Below are positions 17,619-30,417 of a DNA stretch of 64,000 bases, one piece after another; positions within the stretch are counted from its first letter, which is position 1; every line of letters begins with the position of its first letter. The notes under the pieces are model-generated. The model searched no databases. It had not been told where the DNA came from and saw nothing but the letters and a program-made list of their open reading frames with translations. The stretch is from Eledone cirrhosa. Taxonomy: Eukaryota. Location: the NCBI GenBank assembly GCA_964016885.1, contig OZ024740.1, forward strand, positions 89,590,001-89,654,000, written 5' to 3'. A program made the position numbers and the translations under genes.

Positions 17619-18906
17619 ATACAATAACAGAGAAAGCTTTAAGCTAAACTCCGACTGGTAACCATCTCACTCAACAAACATTAGGATATACATTAGTATA
17701 ATCCCAATTTAGTGTTTGGGGTGCTAACTATATGTATTTTGTGGGAAGCCAGTGTATTATTTTATGTGAGATATAATTAAAATTAAAATATATCTCTCTT
17801 TCCAAACAATTGTTTCATTATAAGTTTTCCACAAGTTGGGAGAATGTTTCCAGTTTATGTAGAAGCCTGACATATTTCCTGTAAGAATATATGTAGGTGG
17901 GCACTTATAAACCATCAGTGGATGCCCATTAAACTTTGATATGAGAAACAATTTCTTACCGCAGTTATTTTTCGTGTCCGCTAAGTCATCCCCTCACGCA
18001 TCGAATGACCGCCAAATTTGAAATTCCAGTAGCCTTTAGACTGAGGAAATATCATAGCGTCACGAAGCGGAAAAGGGAGACAATCGCGAGTCACAGAAAA
18101 AGTAAAATAATATACACGTGGGTTAATTAGTTTTTTCAAAAATTAATGTTAAAAAAATACATGTATGCATGTATTAATTACACACGCATATAGATATTTT
18201 CTTAGGTTAAAATAGAGAAGTGATACCTAAATAACAAACAATATCTCATAACAGTAATAAATACAGATAATTACGTTTAAAAGGCATCTGGAAATATAAA
18301 TCTCCGGCCAAATTAAGAGTAAAATATTTAATACACGTGGGTTAATTAGTTTTTTCAAAAACATTATCAATCCTGCGTGTTAAGAACTCAATTAATATTT
18401 AAAAAATAAATGTATGCATGTATAAATTACACACGCATATAGATATTTTCTTAGGCTAAAAACAGAGAAGTGATACCTAAATAACAAACAATATCTCATA
18501 ACAGTAATACATACGGAAAGTTACGTTTTTAAGGCATCTGGAAATATAAATCTCTGGCCAAATCAAGAGTAAAATATTTAATAAAATAAGAGAGAAAGCT
18601 TTAAGCTAAACTCCGACTGGTAACCATCTCAATCAACAAACATTAGGATATACGTTAGTATAATCCCAATTTAGTGTTTGGGGTGCTAACTATATGTATT
18701 TTCTGGAAAGCCAGTTGTATTATTTTATATGAGATATAATTAAAATTAAAATATATCTCTCTTTCCAAACAATAGTTTCATTATAAGTTTTCTACAAGTT
18801 GGGAGAATGTTTCCAGTTTATGTAGAAGCCTAACATATTTTCCTGTAAGAATATATGTAGGTGAGCACTTATAAATCATCAGTGGATGCCCATTAAACTT
18901 TGATAT
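17617..18906 (-). mobile_element. Non-coding element with ~325-bp direct terminal repeats, each carrying an HHR-like motif (retrozyme-like/non-autonomous PLE)
   Basis: 17617-17942 repeats at ~18580-18906 (offset ~964); internal tandem 18105-18330/18325-18580; minus-strand CTGATGG/CTGATGA ... GAAATATGTC; (TA)n flanks. Confidence 0.65.
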
Positions 18907-19043
18907 AATATATATATATATATATACTCAACTTTTGGCTTTTCTTTTCTTTCATGGTCCTAAACCCCACTATCAGGCTAAAATTTCTTTAGTCAAAATA
19001 CGGTAACATCTTCTATTTCTATTTTCAAAACATAATTGCCTGA

Positions 19044-19086
<43 letters not shown>

Positions 19087-19089
<3 letters not shown>

Positions 19090-19180
19090 GGAACAAGTAA
19101 GACCCCACTCTACTACCCTAAGTATTGAGTACTTTGGTGTGTTATGGTCCACTTGGTTCCTTACCACATTTCCTTCGTTA
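19087..19180 (+). mobile_element. Mini-PLE with the hairpin collapsed (family of 28074-28270)
   Basis: Arm start 'ataggaacaagtaagacccc' is joined directly to the tail 'actctactacc..gagtactttggtg'. Confidence 0.75.
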
Positions 19181-19267
19181 TATTTATATATATATATATT
19201 TGATTATTTATTTATACGTACATACACTCATGCACACATGCACACTCACATATACACATATGTACTA

Positions 19268-20267
<1,000 letters not shown>

Positions 20268-22483
20268 TGATATTTCAAATGATTACCTAAATATTGTATA
20301 AGTCTGTTTGAATGTCCGCGCGCGCCTGTGTAAATTATTTCATAACTTTCAGATATTTGTCATAGACCTTCCTAATCTTTTTCGTATCAGACTATATGGG
20401 AAAATCCATTTCTTGTAATTGAATTTTTTTTTTTCTGTGAATTTTATGAAATATGCAATTACAACTGAACACATATAAATATATATCCATTTACATTATG
20501 TTTATAGTTAAAATATATATGCAGCATTCTTTGAATTGTATTTCCTTTAAAGTGTTGCTTAAGGAAAAGCAAAATTTCGAACATTAATTTGGTATTTTGT
20601 ATGTATTCCCGTTTCCACCACCTCATTTGTCAATAGTAATCTCCGTATTTCGAAAGTGATTATTTTCTTGCGAGACATTAAAGTTCCTGAAAGCTTGTAT
20701 TCCTCGTATAATAGTCCACGTGAAACCATATATATAATGTCTTATCTGTATTAATAAACAACACCGAATTTAGTCTTCACAAATATGTCACATTAAATGA
20801 GATTTTTGTATAAATTGTTGTACATTCATTCTCATTCAAAACTTGATTAACTGGACCAGTTATTGCACATTCATTCTCATTCAAAACTTGATTAACTGGA
20901 CCAGTTATTGCAATTTCATGTTACTTCAGCACCTTTAATTTTCAATATATGTCTACTACAATACAGCACGAAATATAAATTAATTGATGTTCTAGTTATT
21001 CTGTGTAAACATGTATTTTGACAATAATCCGATATTGTTGAACGATATTGAAGTTAGTACCCGTAACAAGAATAATAAACGAAGATCATCTTGTGTAAAT
21101 GAATGGTTGATTAACCAAATAATTAAATACATAAATAATTGCTGCTTCAAATGGTAAACCTGTTGAAGGAAGTCGTTTCCTTTATGGTGATTAGTATTTC
21201 ATAGATAAACGAGGCAATTGCGTTTGCTCTATCTGATAAATAGATATTGATGACAATAATCTCGTGCAATTAATGAAATCATGCGGAAATAAAACTTACT
21301 TCCAGGTGTCACTAGTGTTTGCTGCCCTCAATATTATCAAATAATGTCATAAATGTTTGCCTCCGAAATGGAAAATTAGGTTTTTGTCTAAATTAAAAAC
21401 CACATTCCTAATCATTATTTATGCCTCATTTACACACAGTGCATTCCAATTTCAATTAGTATTTGCTTTGTTTCAATTATAAAATAGGGGGAAGAAAATA
21501 ATGTGGGATTAGTAAATGAAACACGAAAAAGTCTGAATAGAATAAATAGAAAAAGAAATAAAAGCTTAGCATGAAGTGAACGTTGTTAAATTATCTGAAG
21601 AAGATAACATAGATCTTTGTTTTATATTAAATATGAACCAATAATTATTGCAGCATCAATATTGCAAAGTCAGAAATAGATTCTTAACAACTTCGTCTAA
21701 AGAAACAGGCATGTGTATAGGTGTATTTTTGTATGTACACAAACACACGTGAGTGTATGTGTGCTTACGTGTGTGCGAGTGTGTGTGTATCCGTTCAGCT
21801 AAGCACTTCTTACTGCAACGTGTTTTATATGGGGTTATAATACATACCTGATATATGTTTTAATGATACGGTTATGAAAGTAGACAATAGCTTCTTTCCC
21901 AAGTGATCTCCAAATAATGGAATAGAATCCCTTTATGCAAAACGTGCTGAAGTCAATCGGCTAGATAAAAGTGGAAAAGTGACGCAATCCTAGTAGAATA
22001 ACGTCTGAATATCTGACATGTTGTAATGATTAATTCGCTGGCACCTTTTGTCGAGTAAGCACATTTCATTTGCGTGTAATGTTGTAATGATTTTTCCATG
22101 AGGACTTGATAAATGCTATACGTTAATCTCATACAAGAATAAATGTAAAAAATTATCACTTTGCTTTCGGTAATTGAGAGGGTTCTGTTCAATACACAGA
22201 GCTTGAGTTACCTATCTCTTCTAATGAAGCTCCAGAACGGAGGTTGGATCCGGGGACATATACGGGAAATACAGGTGACATCAGTTTGACAGACATTTGG
22301 TCCGTATATAGTGTATACTCTTACAAATGCTATTGCTGGAGTACATACGAATTATATGTGTATTGTTTACCAAAATATTCGTGCCCTACCCAAATATATT
22401 GATATTGATTTCCATGATGTTAGTCAACTACGATTGATTCTAATGTTACATTACCATATGACATGAAATGAAGCGAGGTTACA

Positions 22484-23283
22484 TTACTGGCCGGCTGTGT
22501 GAATGTCTAATCAGTACAAACATACTCAAAACATCACCAAAAATGCAACATATTTAATGGGAGATATTTGCAATGTACAAATGACAATTGACAATTATTA
22601 AAGAAAATTAAATTGAAAGTGTTATTTTTAGGTACAAATATATGTGTAAATAATAATATATAAAAAAGAGAAATAATTAAAGGTGAAAAGATGAAAGAGC
22701 CACTAACTACAGAGGGGGTTGTAAGATCAAGAATCTGCATTAAAGAAGACACATGAAAAGTAAAGTTAACAAGAATTTGTATAATTATAAGATAGGAGGA
22801 GAAAAGGTTAAAATTGAAAAGAATAAGGTGGGCCTAATTAAAGGAGTAACAATAACTAATTAACCAATGGGGGGTGATTATTGTAGGTAGATGATACAAA
22901 TAAACAAATAGTGGGGTGGGAAAATAGATGAAGGTGTAATAATCTAAGTGGGATCGAACGCTCTGTTGGCAAATGAGTATGTTGGATGGTGGTGGCAATT
23001 AATGACAATTTCATTCCGGTCATTGATTAGGCAGGGCTTGGATAACGTTATTAAGTAAGCTAAGATAAACAGAGATCGCAATGATCCCTGTATTTTATAG
23101 GGGGATGATCTGGGTAGAATATCCCAAACTAGGGAGTACTCAGTATTGAAGAGTTAAAGTCTAGCTAATGAAGTAGAAGATTTTAAGCTGCTATACCTAA
23201 ACGAATGTGTTTGAGGATTAAAGCGAGTCTTAAATCGTTAGCTGTAGCATCAATGTAAGTACCCGTCTATCATTATCTTAACT
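22484..23283 (-). mobile_element. Naiad-type PLE fragment (GIY-YIG end + 3' UTR)
   Basis: Paralog of 35743-36543; minus strand gives a degenerate YIDATAN.FKTRF...CDLCL. Confidence 0.75.
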
Positions 23284-23305
23284 TCTATATATATATATAT
23301 ATATA

Positions 23306-23510
23306 TAGAAGTGGTAACACACAGTTAGTTCACCATACCGAGTAAAAATGTTTCCTCTTAGCGGATCTTGAGCTATGATCCGCTAAGGAGAAACAACTGT
23401 TCTGGGTATGGTGAACTAACTGTTGTGTTACCACTTCTACCTAACTCGTCCCATGGACTGCGTGCTCTACCACTACGGATATTACCTTCCAGTGTTCTAC
23501 CCCCTCTCTA
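23306..23510 (+). mobile_element. Hairpin mini-PLE
   Basis: Imperfect palindrome 23306-23439 (centre ~23372); right arm has GAAAC-AACT-GTT (23390-23401); unique tail follows. Confidence 0.7.
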
Positions 23511-23534
23511 ACTCTCTCTCTCTCACTCTCTCTG

Positions 23535-23588
<54 letters not shown>

Positions 23589-23610
23589 AAAGAATAGAAT
23601 ATATACATAA

Positions 23611-23661
<51 letters not shown>

Positions 23662-24297
23662 TTCGTAGATTAATACACTATATTATCTACCAGATGACGT
23701 AAACGCAGATACATATATTGTTTTCTAGGGTGTTGTGAAAATGTAGACCATCATTCCATTCGATTACGTAATCAAGACTTTTAATGTCGTCTACTTTTAT
23801 TGCCTTATGGGTATACTGTACCTTAGTGATAGAAACGCGTTAGATATGATCTACAGTCCATCTTGAAGAATAAATTATTTCATCCTAGGGCAGCCCATGA
23901 ATTATAAACCTTAAATATCGAGTTGATAGAGGTTTTTAAATTGAATACTATTTTTAGCAAAACAATGTATTCTCGTCAACTAATCTGTAGTGTACAAACG
24001 TTTACCTTGTTGATAATTCCTTCCATGCGTCCGTTATTCTGCACTATGGTGCTGTAATTTCGGGCGTACGTGGGGTCTGACAACATGTAAATATATATTA
24101 TCTCTCATACTATCTCAAGTGATTGATATGGCACATTCTATGTTTTTTTAACCTCATGATACTGCCATGAGGGTAATATTTGTTGAGCCCTTTTCTATTT
24201 AGAGATTTACCCTGCGGATGAGACCTTTATAAAATTTCTTATCTGAAATTATTTTACTGCTGTCTCTCCATGCTCAATTCTCAGCCTTGTCTGATAT

Positions 24298-24382
<85 letters not shown>

Positions 24383-24389
<7 letters not shown>

Positions 24390-24888
24390 GAAACAGTGGA
24401 GAATAACATGGTCAACATTACAAAAAAGGGGATTTATTTGCAGTCTAAATATTTTTTCACTGATAGAGTTGTCTAGAAATTGCTGAACACTAAAAGCAGT
24501 GCCACTCAATTTTAAATACGATGTTAACTCTACTAGATCATCGGAAACTGATCGGAATCATCAGTTTCCGATGATCTATTAGAGTTAACATCGTATTTAA
24601 AATTGAGTTGCACTACTTTTAGTGCTCAGCAATTTTTAGACAACTCTCTCAGTGAAACAATATTTAGACTGCAAATAAATCCCATTTTTGTACTGTTGAC
24701 CATGTTATTCTCCACGTTTTCAATTATATTACTCCAAGATAAACTTACATAGGAATATAAGTGAAATGATAAACTCATAATCTACTAAACCTCTTGCTGA
24801 GTCAAGCAACGCCGTACGCTAAAACTATCCATAATAAGAAGTATTCACAACCTCTAATTGGATTAACAATAACGTTATTTTGTTATAC

Positions 24889-24891
<3 letters not shown>
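24383..24891 (+). mobile_element. Hairpin mini-PLE (345-bp palindrome + tail)
   Basis: Arms 24383-24552/24560-24728; HHR-like cagttt-CCGATGA (24568-24574)...GAAA (24654-24657)...agactg; tail resembles 28604-28757. Confidence 0.75.
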
Positions 24892-24960
<69 letters not shown>

Positions 24961-25233
24961 TGTAATAAACAACATAAGATAATTATTTCATTTGCCAGTG
25001 GTTTCTTGAAAGCAAAATGATTTGCTTTCAATCATCAGCATGAAAAAATCCTGGTATATTTATTGATAGTGGATTTTAAAAAGAAAAATATTATCTATAT
25101 GAAAGTGAGGCTGGAAAAGGAAGAAAGAAAGGAAAATTATAAAAGTAGATAAACACGCATGCACACTCACATACAGGCGCACACACATATATACATACAC
25201 ACATATATATACATATACATATATACATATACT

Positions 25234-25293
<60 letters not shown>

Positions 25294-25329
25294 CACACAT
25301 ATATACACGTACAAATACACATACATATA

Positions 25330-26132
25330 TATAGTATACTAGGGAGAGGATCAGGGGTGTATAACACTCCACTTATCCAGCAGGCAGTATAAGGTTAGCT
25401 CGATGTCTGAGGACAGAGCCGTGATATAATAAATAACAAAGGACGCCTATAGCATATGCATATCTTTACTTGCTAACATTGTTTCATCCGCACTATAAGT
25501 GGGACTCATCAGAGCATAAAGGTTAATTACATACCATACAAGCAATAACAAATCCAAGACATTGAAGAATGAAAAATAATAGAAGATAAAGGATATTAAG
25601 GAAGTAAAAGTAAAAATAAGAATAAAAATAAAAATAAAAATAAAAATAAAAATAAAAATAAAAATAAAAATAAAAATAAAAATAAAAATAAAAATAAAAA
25701 TAAAAATAAAAATAAAAATAAAATAATAAAATAAACAATGAAAAATAAGGGGTGCTATCAGTTACAGTTGGGCGGGGTGCTGTCAACATATAGTTACATA
25801 CAAGCATACACGTGGATAAGAGAACAGACAAGAGTAGATAAGATAGATAGGATTAGGTAAGAGTAGGTAAAAAATAGGTGAAAAACAGACTTATAATATA
25901 TATAAGAAAATATAAAGAAATATATAACAAACTTACATATAAAATATAAAATATACAGATAATGGTGATACAGGGTAAGGAATGAAATAAAATAATATAA
26001 AATTAAAATTAAAATTATATAAAATAGAACATAATATAATATAATCATAAAATGAGATAAAATAAGGTAAACTAAAATAAAATAAAATAGACTAAAGTAA
26101 AATAATATAATATAAGATATAATTAAATGTAA

Positions 26133-26168
<36 letters not shown>

Positions 26169-27282
26169 AATTAAATAAATAAATAAAATTAAAATTAAAA
26201 TTAAATTTAAATAAATAAATAAATAAATAAATAAGTAAATAAATAAATAAATAAATAAATGAATGAATGAAATTAAATAAGTAAATAAATAAAATAAGAT
26301 AAAATGAAATGAAATAAAATAAAATAAAATGAAATAAAGTAAATTGAGATAAGATATATATTTTTTTAGAATATATCTCTTGAATATATCAGGGGCACAC
26401 GAAGGCACTAAGTGTCACAGTTATCTGTATCACTTGACCATTTTTTTTAAATGTATTTCTTGAAAATATCAGGGGCCCACGAAGGCACTAAGTGTCACAG
26501 TCACCAGTATCACTTGACCATTGCAAGGCAATGGAGGCGTCCCAGGTTGGGCAGTCTCAAAAGTTCACTCGAAAGTCACGGGTGTGCATTCACACAGTTG
26601 AGCGGTGGGGTAATCACAAACCGGTTCACACCCGGGCAGGAGTCCAATGGTCAAACAGAGGTGCATCGAAGGAAGGTAGGAGAATTCCCGTGCAGTAGCA
26701 AGCGAGGTGCAGGCGGGTTAGCCAAAGCAAGCAGACACAGTTGGAGCGCATACAAAAGATATATAAAAAGACAAAAGATATATAAAAAATAGCTTCAAGA
26801 GCCATGAAGTCACCGCATTGGGACATCACAAGATTGTACACATCAATATGTTCAGCACGTATATGCACATATACACACCACATGCATATGCAGAGACGGT
26901 ATACATATATATATATATTTTTTTTTATATACAGACATATACAACCACCTACACCCATACACATATAAATGTATACACAGACACACACGCACACACACAC
27001 AGCGTAGGACATCCGGTCAAAGCTGATATTAAACACCGAAATACCACATTAGGCAAGACCCACCACCACAGATAATACATTCAAAATAAATACATACGAT
27101 GAGATGTAGTAAAATAAAGTTGAATTCCTACGGAGATAATCGTGTCCGCACGTGCCATTGCCCGATTCAAGTGTACACAGACCGTTAGTAACTACGGAGG
27201 GCTATCGGGGCCAAAACGTTACTTTCGGGATCATAACAACGACCGTCAATATATGGAAGGCCGATCGTGCTAGAAAGACTAC
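25330..27282 (-). mobile_element. Non-coding PLE-like element containing the 25464-25521 HHR and (TTTTTA)n/(TTTA)n tracts
   Basis: HHR near the distal end, low-complexity UTR, small tandem duplication 26380-26440/26455-26520, microsatellite flanks. Confidence 0.5.
25464..25521 (-). ncRNA. Compact type I hammerhead ribozyme with an intact core
   Basis: Minus strand: ctttatgct-CTGATGA-gtcc cacttatagtgc ggat-GAAA-CAATG-TT-agcaagtaaag. Confidence 0.8.
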
Positions 27283-27409
27283 ATATATATATACATACAT
27301 ACACACATATATATCCACATATCCATACATACACATACACACAAATACACGAACACACACACACACACACACACACATGTATCTATCTATCTATATATCT
27401 ATCTATCTA

Positions 27410-27470
<61 letters not shown>

Positions 27471-27474
<4 letters not shown>

Positions 27475-27567
27475 TAAAATAACAGATTAAAGTTTAAGCA
27501 ATTTGATATATACTTTCCTTATCGAGCCCTCTATGGATTTTAGTCTTCAATTTTATTATTATTACTA
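27471..27567 (+). mobile_element. Miniature inverted-arm derivative of the 30373-33642 Naiad pLTR
   Basis: 27471-27501 is the reverse complement of ~30253-30284; 27502-27567 matches 30308-30375. Confidence 0.75.
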
Positions 27568-27995
27568 TATATATATATATATACACACATAAAATCATAC
27601 ATATATACACACGTACAATCACAAACATACATACACACATATATACACGCATATCTACGCACCCACAAATATATATATATGTACTCACACCTACATACGC
27701 ACACACACAAATAATTATAAGAAAAAATATTATAATAAAAATAAAAAACAATAGACGCCATTTAGGCCGTCACATAAGAATAAAAATAAATGTAAAAAGT
27801 ATTATAAAGTTGACAGCGATACAGGAATGGACATAAATAACACACGTGCTAATACACACAATTACACAATCTTGCTTTCAAGAAACCACTGGTAAATCAA
27901 ATAATTATCTTATGTTGTTTATTACATAACTATTAAGCTCTGTAACCTACATATAGCACTGTTTTTATCCTGGACCTTTCCGACAGAATTACTTC

Positions 27996-28073
<78 letters not shown>

Positions 28074-28075
<2 letters not shown>

Positions 28076-28270
28076 CGAAGGAAATGTGGTAAGGAACCAG
28101 GTGGACCATAACGCACCAAAGTACTCAATACTTGAGGTAGTAGAGTGGGTAATAGGAACCAGTAAGACCCCGACAGCTGAGCTCAAGCCGTTTCGACGGC
28201 TAATTCTGGAGTCCAGAATTAGCCGTCGAAACGGCTTGAGCTCAGCTGTCGGGGTCTTACTGGTTCCTAT
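28074..28270 (-). mobile_element. Hairpin mini-PLE with a perfect 59-bp-arm palindrome
   Basis: 28152-28210 and 28212-28270 are exact reverse complements around a 1-nt centre at 28211; tail 28074-28151. Confidence 0.85.
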
Positions 28271-28341
28271 ATATATATATATATATATATTATGCATATA
28301 TACACACACACACACATATATATATATCTATATACACACAC

Positions 28342-28373
<32 letters not shown>

Positions 28374-28398
28374 GTATGTATATATATATATATATATA

Positions 28399-28755
28399 TA
28401 TAAATCACGAAAGAAGAGTGACACGGTTTGCTATATAATAAGGGCTTTAATCACATTGCTGACAATTGTTTCTCTGAACTGGTAGGTCTAGAGATCCTTA
28501 CCCGCCTGTTTCTATACCTACCTGTTCAGAGAAACAATTGTCAGCAAGGCGATTAAATCCCTTATTGTATAGCAAACCGTGTCAGTCGTCTTTCTTGATT
28601 TATAATTACTCTAAGTGTTAACAACATAGAAATCACTGCGTACTCGCAACAACATTATGGAAACGCTTTGTTGAGTCAAACTTAGCCAAGCGTTGATACC
28701 ATCCACTACTCGGAGTACACTAAGTGGACTACCTATAACAATAATCTGTTATCCC

Positions 28756-28757
<2 letters not shown>
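28399..28757 (+). mobile_element. Hairpin mini-PLE
   Basis: Palindrome 28399-28604; GAAAC-AATT-GTC at 28531-28542 (3' half of an HHR); tail to 28757. Confidence 0.75.
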
Positions 28758-28801
<44 letters not shown>

Positions 28802-28918
28802 TACAAGGAAGATCTTGCTCGGAGTGGATTTGTCGATAAGGTAGCATACATAGAGTACGAGAATAGACCTAGAAGAAATAGATCCCAATGCATTATATGG
28901 TATAACCCACCATATAAT

Positions 28919-29602
28919 ATGGAGGTGGCCACACCATTAGCTAAGATCTTTTTGTCCCTTATTACGAAGCATTTCCCCCCTACACATACATATAGTAACA
29001 TTTTTAATAGTAATACTATTAAAATGTCTTACTCTACGACTTCTAACCTTGCACATAACATCACAGCTTCAAATTTAGCTAAACTACCTAGCCTTAGGAA
29101 CACGTGCAACCCTGTATCTAGTACTAACTGTAATTGTAGGAATCGGGCTGATTGCCCCCTATCAGGGAAATGCCTCTCTAGTAACATTGTCTACAATTGT
29201 AAGGTTGAAACACCCACGTCCCGTAAGACCTACATAGGGTTAACCGCCAATAGATTCAAGCAGCGTCTTTACTTGCATACCCATCGTTTTCGTTACCCTC
29301 TAAGAAGGAATATTACGTCACTTTCAGCTTATAGCCTAGCTAGCGCTAGATCGTATAACGGAAATAAAAGACCATTTGACCCATGCGCCGCTGAGGCCCT
29401 GGAAATACTCTACGCCACAGACAACATCTTAAACAAAAAATCTGACGCAATTTCGGCATGTAAACATAAATTGCACAAAACTTTCCTGTATTACAGCACC
29501 ACATTATACCCTAACGTAGGGTACGATCTATACGCGGATATTTTACGTCTTGATGTGGTAGCTAAGTATATGTTATGTTTATACCATTACTTATTTGCAT
29601 AG
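28919..29602 (+). pseudogene. PLE linker + GIY-YIG (upstream partial copy)
   Basis: ORF contains IFNSNTIKMSYS, CNCRNRADCPLSGKC and IVYNCKV...TYIGLT; ~50-bp internal deletion. Confidence 0.85.
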
Positions 29603-30417
29603 GTAAGTATATATTACTTGTATGTTTTGTGAAGGTACGTATGCTTTCTCGTACGTATATATTGATTGTATATGTTATGGCGTATATTTTATATATTCTG
29701 TTACATATGCATTTGGTTATGTTTATACGTGAGTTTTGCGTGTGTGTGAGTATGCGGGTTCATACGTATGTAGGGTGTGTGTATATGTGTACTTCGTGTT
29801 TTGGTTAACGTAGTCTGCAAACATTTGTGTATTTACATGTAAGTATATGTGTGCGCTTGTTATATACGTATTTATTTATTTATTTATATACGTTTATTTA
29901 ATTATTTATATACACGCACACACACGCTCCACATATGACGTATTGTCTTCATTTTTTTCCGTTCATTGCCAGAGAACGTCTCTATGAACCACCTAATAGA
30001 ATATTAGTCTATGACTTCTTTTATACCATAAACGTGGTTTTGTCTTTGCGTGTAATTGTTTTTCACCGCTCCAAATAATGACGTATTATATTCGTTTTTT
30101 CCCGTTCTTTGCCAGGGAACGTTTCCACGAACCAAAGTATCGTCTTCCTGTCTTCCTCCGGTTGCAACGTTTTTTGAAATATTCACTTCTACGTTCACAG
30201 ATTGACTTTGTTAGTTTCAGAAGGTCCCGTTAATGGTGAAAGCAGCGATTCTTTGCTTAAACTTTAATCTGTTATTTTAATAAATATTTGCTCTACGGTT
30301 CTTATATATTTGATATATATTTATCCCTATCGAGCCCTCTTTGGATTTTAGTCTTCAAATTTATTATTATTACTATTTGGCTCCCCCGGTTGAGCACTCT
30401 ATTGACTTATATTCATA

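Larger units (their letters stand above)
24954..27997 (+). mobile_element. Inverted-arm PLE derivative split by nested insertions
   Basis: 24954-25020 is the reverse complement of ~27868-27933; a tail follows at 27934-27997. Confidence 0.55.

Noticed and set aside
23306-28604. Interpreting the palindromes as MITEs or miRNA precursors
   Set aside because: Asymmetric tails, HHR halves and homology to a PLE pLTR fit PLE inversion better, and the elements share no TIR sequence.
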